DNA of 64,000 nucleotides. Source: an uncultured Ruminococcus sp. Lineage in GTDB: Bacteria > Bacillota > Clostridia > Oscillospirales > CAG-272. Location: assembly GCA_964430105.1 (NCBI GenBank), contig CAYSEF010000001.1, positions 16,170 to 80,169 of the forward strand. Reading direction: 5' to 3'. The translations under genes and the position numbers were made by a program. Positions 60,222 to 64,000 of the stretch are shown piece after piece (within the stretch, counting starts at the first letter, position 1; the number at the start of each line of letters is the position of its first letter). Under the pieces are notes generated by a model that made no database searches, was not told where the DNA came from, and saw only the letters and a program-made list of their open reading frames with translations.

Positions 60222-60506
60222 TTAGACAGTACCAAGAATATCTTCGAGTATATCCAATAAAGTACATGGAGTGACTTCACCACGATATACTGTATCAAGG
60301 AGAAGGATCGCTTCATCTTTGATACTCGTGACATCATAAGCACAGGCGAAATCGTCGTCTGAAGTTACTGAAATTGAGTAAGACGAACGTTCTTCGCTTT
60401 CAATGCTGTCTTCATGAAGTGAATATATTACCTTCAGATCGCCGATACAAATATTGTATTGTAAGATCAATTCACCTCGTTCTCCAATAAATTTTTTGTG
60501 TGCCAT
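60222..60506 (-). CDS. small acidic hypothetical protein (possibly DUF6514-like)
   Basis: 94 aa. SD AGGAGG before ATG 60506. C-terminal EVTPCTLLDILEDILG resembles a small clostridial family that I recall only from memory. Confidence 0.55.
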   Translation of the reverse strand: MAHKKFIGERGELILQYNICIGDLKVIYSLHEDSIESEERSSYSISVTSDDDFACAYDVTSIKDEAILLLDTVYRGEVTPCTLLDILEDILGTV

Positions 60507-60545
60507 ACTCTAATGTCATCCTCCTTTTGAATAGTATTTTTAATG

Positions 60546-60569
60546 TTGGTTTGAGTATTGGTTTGCGTA
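60546..60569. repeat. tandem 12-mer repeat upstream of the small acidic gene
   Basis: TTGGTTTGAGTA (60546-60557) is directly followed by TTGGTTTGCGTA (60558-60569). Confidence 0.7.
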
Positions 60570-60821
60570 TTAATTTCGATATTAGAATTTTATCATATAA
60601 ATCAAGCCGAAAATTAAGTTTTTTTGATATTAGTTTCACACACAAACAATATTCGTATATACAAAAATTCATAAATGCTCATTAGTGTGCAGGAAAAACA
60701 AAATAACAGCAAAAAAAATCAAATTTAGGAAAATATTTTGCAAAAAATACACAAAAATTAAAATTAATATGGTATAATGATAAAAATAAAAAAATTCAAA
60801 AAAATTTCGGAGGTAATTGTC

Positions 60822-61478
60822 ATGCTTCTTGCAGATGGTGACCATATCGTTTTTACCGGTGATTCAGTAACCGATTCGGGGAGAGCAAGACCGGTAGGCG
60901 AAGGGCTAAATGCAGGCGTTGGAAACGGATTTGTCAGACAGATTGACAATATCCTTAACCTCGTTTATCCTGACTGGAAGCTATGGATTTCAAATACAGG
61001 CTGTGGCGGAAATACAAGCCGTGATTTGAAGGATCGCTGGCAGTTAGATGTAATGAGTCTGAAACCTGACTGGGTAAACGTAATGGTTGGCATTAACGAT
61101 ATTTGGCGTCAGTTTGATACACCCGCAGTCAAATCAGCTCATGTTTATATAGATGAATATAGATCAAATCTCTGCGAAATAATGGAACGTACTTTGCCCG
61201 TTGTAAAGGGAGTAATTTTGATGTCTCCATATTATATGGAAACAAATAAAGAAGATCCTATCCGTTTGATGACTGATGAATATATTAAGGTGTGCGAAGA
61301 AGTTGCAAAGAAATATAACTGCCACTATGTAAATATTCAGTCGGCGTTTGATGAGTATCTTCAGTATCGTCATCCGACTTATATTTCGTGGGATCACGTT
61401 CATCCCGGAAATATTGGCAGCCTTATTATTGCGAGAGAATTTATTAAAGCTATAGGAATTGACAGAACATTCATTTAA
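60822..61478 (+). CDS. SGNH/GDSL family hydrolase (esterase/deacetylase type)
   Basis: Start at ATG 60822 behind GGAGG. Blocks I-V: FTGDSVTD, GCGGNTS, GINDI, DHVHP. Confidence 0.85.
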   Translation: MLLADGDHIVFTGDSVTDSGRARPVGEGLNAGVGNGFVRQIDNILNLVYPDWKLWISNTGCGGNTSRDLKDRWQLDVMSLKPDWVNVMVGINDIWRQFDTPAVKSAHVYIDEYRSNLCEIMERTLPVVKGVILMSPYYMETNKEDPIRLMTDEYIKVCEEVAKKYNCHYVNIQSAFDEYLQYRHPTYISWDHVHPGNIGSLIIAREFIKAIGIDRTFI

Positions 61479-61506
61479 AACCTAGATATAACAATAGGAG
61501 GACAAA

Positions 61507-63414
61507 ATGCTGAAATTATCATGTTGTATTCCCGGTGGCTCTCTTATGCCGGAAGGAGTAGCTGCAGTACCTCAGTCCAATGCTGAACAGATCGTAACAA
61601 AATGCCGTTATCTTCTTGAGATAGGTTACGATTGTACAGAAGCTACAGGTGGAATTCTTGCAGCCCTGACAGATGAAGAAGTAGAATATGTGATTGCTGA
61701 AAATGAAAAATCTTCCTTAAAGATTGTTTCAGTGAACAGCCTGTTTCCGTGGCAGTGGAGCTTGTCAGACCCAAGCACCGATAAGGAAGAATATCTTGTA
61801 CGTACACGACGTATATTTGATATAATGCAGAAGCTTGGCGTACATAATGCGATTTTCGGAAGCGGTGGAGCAAGATCACTTAAAGAAGAAGTGGGACTTG
61901 ATGTAAGTCGTGCTACATTGTACGATTTCATGAGAAAAGTGGCAGATGAAGCTGAAAAGCGCGATATAAAGCTTCTCATAGAACCACTTAATAAACGTGA
62001 AACAAATATTTTTGTGACTGTTGAAGAAAGCTGTAAGTCTATTGAGGAGATCGGTCATCCCAATATCCACCTGCTTTACGACTCCTTCCATATGGCAATG
62101 GAGAGAACTTCACTTGATTGTATTAAAGATACAATATCTCAGGTTTATCATTGCCACATTGCGGAAGCACCGAATCGCAGTTACCCCGGCTCAACCGATA
62201 GCAGAGATTTTGCATACAACTGTAGATATCTCAAAGAGCTGACTGAGCTTGGTTACGAAGGTGTGGTTTCTGTTGAGTGTGGATTCAAGGATTTCAAAAC
62301 TGATACGGTAAAGGCACTTGCACATATGAAGAATATTCTTTCCGGAAAGGCTATTTTCCAATATAAGGCTCCTCGTGCACTCACCTCCGAACCTGTTTAT
62401 CTTGAAGCAAAGAATGGAGAAATTCCCGCCGGAACAACAGCTCTTGTTTGCGGAGATAAAAAATATCCTGCATCTCCATATAAAAACGGTGTTATCGCTA
62501 TAATTACAGCCGAACGTGATGAAGCGCTGAATCTTGTTGCTGTTGAAGAAGAAGCTGAGCTTGGTGCTGAAATCATTCATAAAGAAGATGAAAAAAAGGC
62601 AGAAGTGAAGGTTCAGGGAAATCTTTTTGCGAATTATGTGTATGATCCTGAGATCCCGAAGCCGTTCCTTGGCCCGATCTATGATAACGCAGGAAACAAC
62701 TTCACCCGTAAAGAGATAAATCATCGTGAACATAAGCATCAGCGTTCAGTGTTTATTGCTGTTGGTGATGTAAATGGTGTTGACTGCTGGAATGAGTACG
62801 GTAATTACGGATATGTGCGTAACGAAAGCGTTTATGACATCTATTCAGGTTCCGCATATGCAACATTCTCAGTAAAGAATCGCTGGACAGATCTTGAGAA
62901 TAAGCCACTGATTACAGAAAATACACGTTATTTCGTTTATAATCAGAGTGAAGATTGCCGTACACTTGATATCGAGGTAACATTCACCGCTGATTATGGC
63001 GATGTTGAATTTGGTGCTACCAAAGAAGCAGGCCCGCTTGGAATACGCCTTCGTGATGAACTTCGTGCCGATATCGGATGTGGACAGTTTATCAATTCAT
63101 GGGGTGGCGTTGGTGAAGGCGAATGCTGGGGTAGAACTGCCGAATGGTGCGATTACTATGGTGAACCAGAAGAAATCGGTCCAATGGGTGTAACAGTATT
63201 CGATTGCGAAACTAACGAAAGACATCCTACAGCATGGCATATCCGTGCATATGGTCTGTTTGCTGCGAATAACCTTTACTTCAAAGGCGGATTCACAATA
63301 AAGGCAGGCGAAAGCAAGGTTTATAAATTCAGAATACTTTTCCGCAGAAAGCCTATGACTAAAGATGAGATTGCAGATAAGTATGTGACTTATACCTTAG
63401 GCAAGAAAATTTAA
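61507..63414 (+). CDS. fusion protein: xylose-isomerase-like TIM-barrel (sugar phosphate isomerase/epimerase) + PmoA-like (DUF6807-type) domain
   Basis: SD AGGAGG. N-terminal LLIEPLN, YDSFHM, HCHIAE and VSVEC metal-ligand pattern. C-terminal YVYDPEIPKPFLGPIY, HKHQRSVF, TKEAGPLGIRL, WGRTAEWCDYYG and AWHIRAYGLFAANN. Confidence 0.8.
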   Translation: MLKLSCCIPGGSLMPEGVAAVPQSNAEQIVTKCRYLLEIGYDCTEATGGILAALTDEEVEYVIAENEKSSLKIVSVNSLFPWQWSLSDPSTDKEEYLVRTRRIFDIMQKLGVHNAIFGSGGARSLKEEVGLDVSRATLYDFMRKVADEAEKRDIKLLIEPLNKRETNIFVTVEESCKSIEEIGHPNIHLLYDSFHMAMERTSLDCIKDTISQVYHCHIAEAPNRSYPGSTDSRDFAYNCRYLKELTELGYEGVVSVECGFKDFKTDTVKALAHMKNILSGKAIFQYKAPRALTSEPVYLEAKNGEIPAGTTALVCGDKKYPASPYKNGVIAIITAERDEALNLVAVEEEAELGAEIIHKEDEKKAEVKVQGNLFANYVYDPEIPKPFLGPIYDNAGNNFTRKEINHREHKHQRSVFIAVGDVNGVDCWNEYGNYGYVRNESVYDIYSGSAYATFSVKNRWTDLENKPLITENTRYFVYNQSEDCRTLDIEVTFTADYGDVEFGATKEAGPLGIRLRDELRADIGCGQFINSWGGVGEGECWGRTAEWCDYYGEPEEIGPMGVTVFDCETNERHPTAWHIRAYGLFAANNLYFKGGFTIKAGESKVYKFRILFRRKPMTKDEIADKYVTYTLGKKI

Positions 63415-63424
63415 CATAAAATAA

Positions 63425-63486
63425 AAAATAAAAAGCTGTTGCATTTCGGAAATTTCTTTCCGTGGTGCAACAGCTTTTTGTTTTTG
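63425..63486. terminator. bidirectional intrinsic terminator
   Basis: 13-bp stem AAAAGCTGTTGCA (63431-63443) / TGCAACAGCTTTT (63467-63479) with flanking A- and T-runs. It sits between convergent stops at 63414 (+) and 63519 (-). Confidence 0.88.
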
Positions 63487-63518
63487 ATTTCTATTTAATT
63501 ATTGTGAGAGAAACTTGC

Positions 63519-64000
63519 TTAATTTACAAGTGTCGCTATAGTTTCAGCCTTGCCGGAAATCTTTACTTCGCCGGAGCCTGCCGGGATAAAATAGCTTTCG
63601 CCTTTGTGAATAGCTGTGATGGTGTCTCCCATTTCAATCTCAGCACCATCAGCATCGAGAACGAGCAGAGAAACAAAGCTCTTATCGTCAACGTGAAGAA
63701 CTGCAACGTTTTCGGAATCTGTGGAATATTTACGAGATGTGAAGTATTCGCAAGCACAAAGAAGCTCAGTGCAGACCTCGGTATCGCCGTTGGAATAACG
63801 TATTTCGTCGATTTCAGCGGTTGAACGCAACTTGATAACGTCAATAGCTTTTTTGGTGTGAAGCTCACGGAGGCTACCGTCTGCCTGGCGTCTGTTGTAG
63901 TCGAATACACGGTATGTAATGTTGGAATTCTGCTGAATTTCAGCAATAAGAATACCGGCACCGATAGCATGAACCTGACCGGCAGGAATGAAGTAAACAT
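63519..64000 (-). CDS. manA: mannose-6-phosphate isomerase, class I, C-terminal part (5' end outside window)
   Basis: The minus-strand frame is open from 63998 to the stop at 63519: VYFIPAGQVHAIGAGILIAEIQQNSNITYRVFDYNRRQADGSLRELH... This is the same frame as track ORF 63519..63830, which only starts at an internal TTG. Confidence 0.85.
   Translation of the reverse strand, partial: VYFIPAGQVHAIGAGILIAEIQQNSNITYRVFDYNRRQADGSLRELHTKKAIDVIKLRSTAEIDEIRYSNGDTEVCTELLCACEYFTSRKYSTDSENVAVLHVDDKSFVSLLVLDADGAEIEMGDTITAIHKGESYFIPAGSGEVKISGKAETIATLVN

Noticed and set aside
63462-64000. Track ORFs 63462..63824 (+) and 63563..64000 (-) at the right edge
   Set aside because: The minus-strand frame ending at 63519 reads straight through from the window edge as a class I mannose-6-phosphate isomerase. 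The other two ORFs are alternative-frame or antisense artefacts.
1-64000. CRISPR arrays, tRNA/rRNA genes, IS elements, integrases, toxin-antitoxin or known defence modules
   Set aside because: Intergenic regions are short (mostly under 250 nt) and AT-rich. None shows repeat-spacer periodicity or a cloverleaf-compatible sequence. No translated ORF shows transposase, recombinase or nuclease hallmarks of such elements.

Overview
This 64 kb window looks like core chromosome from a low-GC, spore-forming Firmicute. Gene order and protein content suggest Clostridia, possibly Oscillospiraceae/Ruminococcaceae-like, but that is inference only. I support 56 protein-coding genes (two run off the window edges). 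I found no rRNA, tRNA, CRISPR array, transposase, integrase or prophage signal. Most of the window is conserved housekeeping synteny on the + strand: infC-rpmI-rplT, trmH, dprA-topA-trmFO-plsX-rnc-radical SAM-smc-ftsY, rdgB, yhbY-nadD-yqeK-LCP-rsfS-leuS and rpsU. Sporulation genes are present (uninterrupted sigK, cotJABC), as are competence genes (dprA, comEC). Accessory content comprises: two heterodimeric ABC exporter pairs; a YtrA-type GntR/ATPase/giant-permease module; a five-gene Opp-type ABC importer in which every component is oversized; a 1260-aa GH38 alpha-mannosidase; PiT plus a DUF47 partner; marR-ftsH; and a small sugar cluster (SGNH hydrolase, a TIM-barrel::PmoA-like fusion, manA). 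I do not see a clear-cut new defence or mobile system. The best candidates for something undescribed are: (1) large insertions inside the nucleotide-binding domains of the Opp ATPases; (2) the TIM-barrel::PmoA-like fusion operon; (3) the GntR-controlled ABC module whose permease carries a ~355-aa unassignable domain; (4) an orphan 223-aa protein upstream of yajC; (5) a repeat-rich control region upstream of a leaderless GH38 that carries surface-type modules. All family calls come from motifs read in the translations. No database searches were run.
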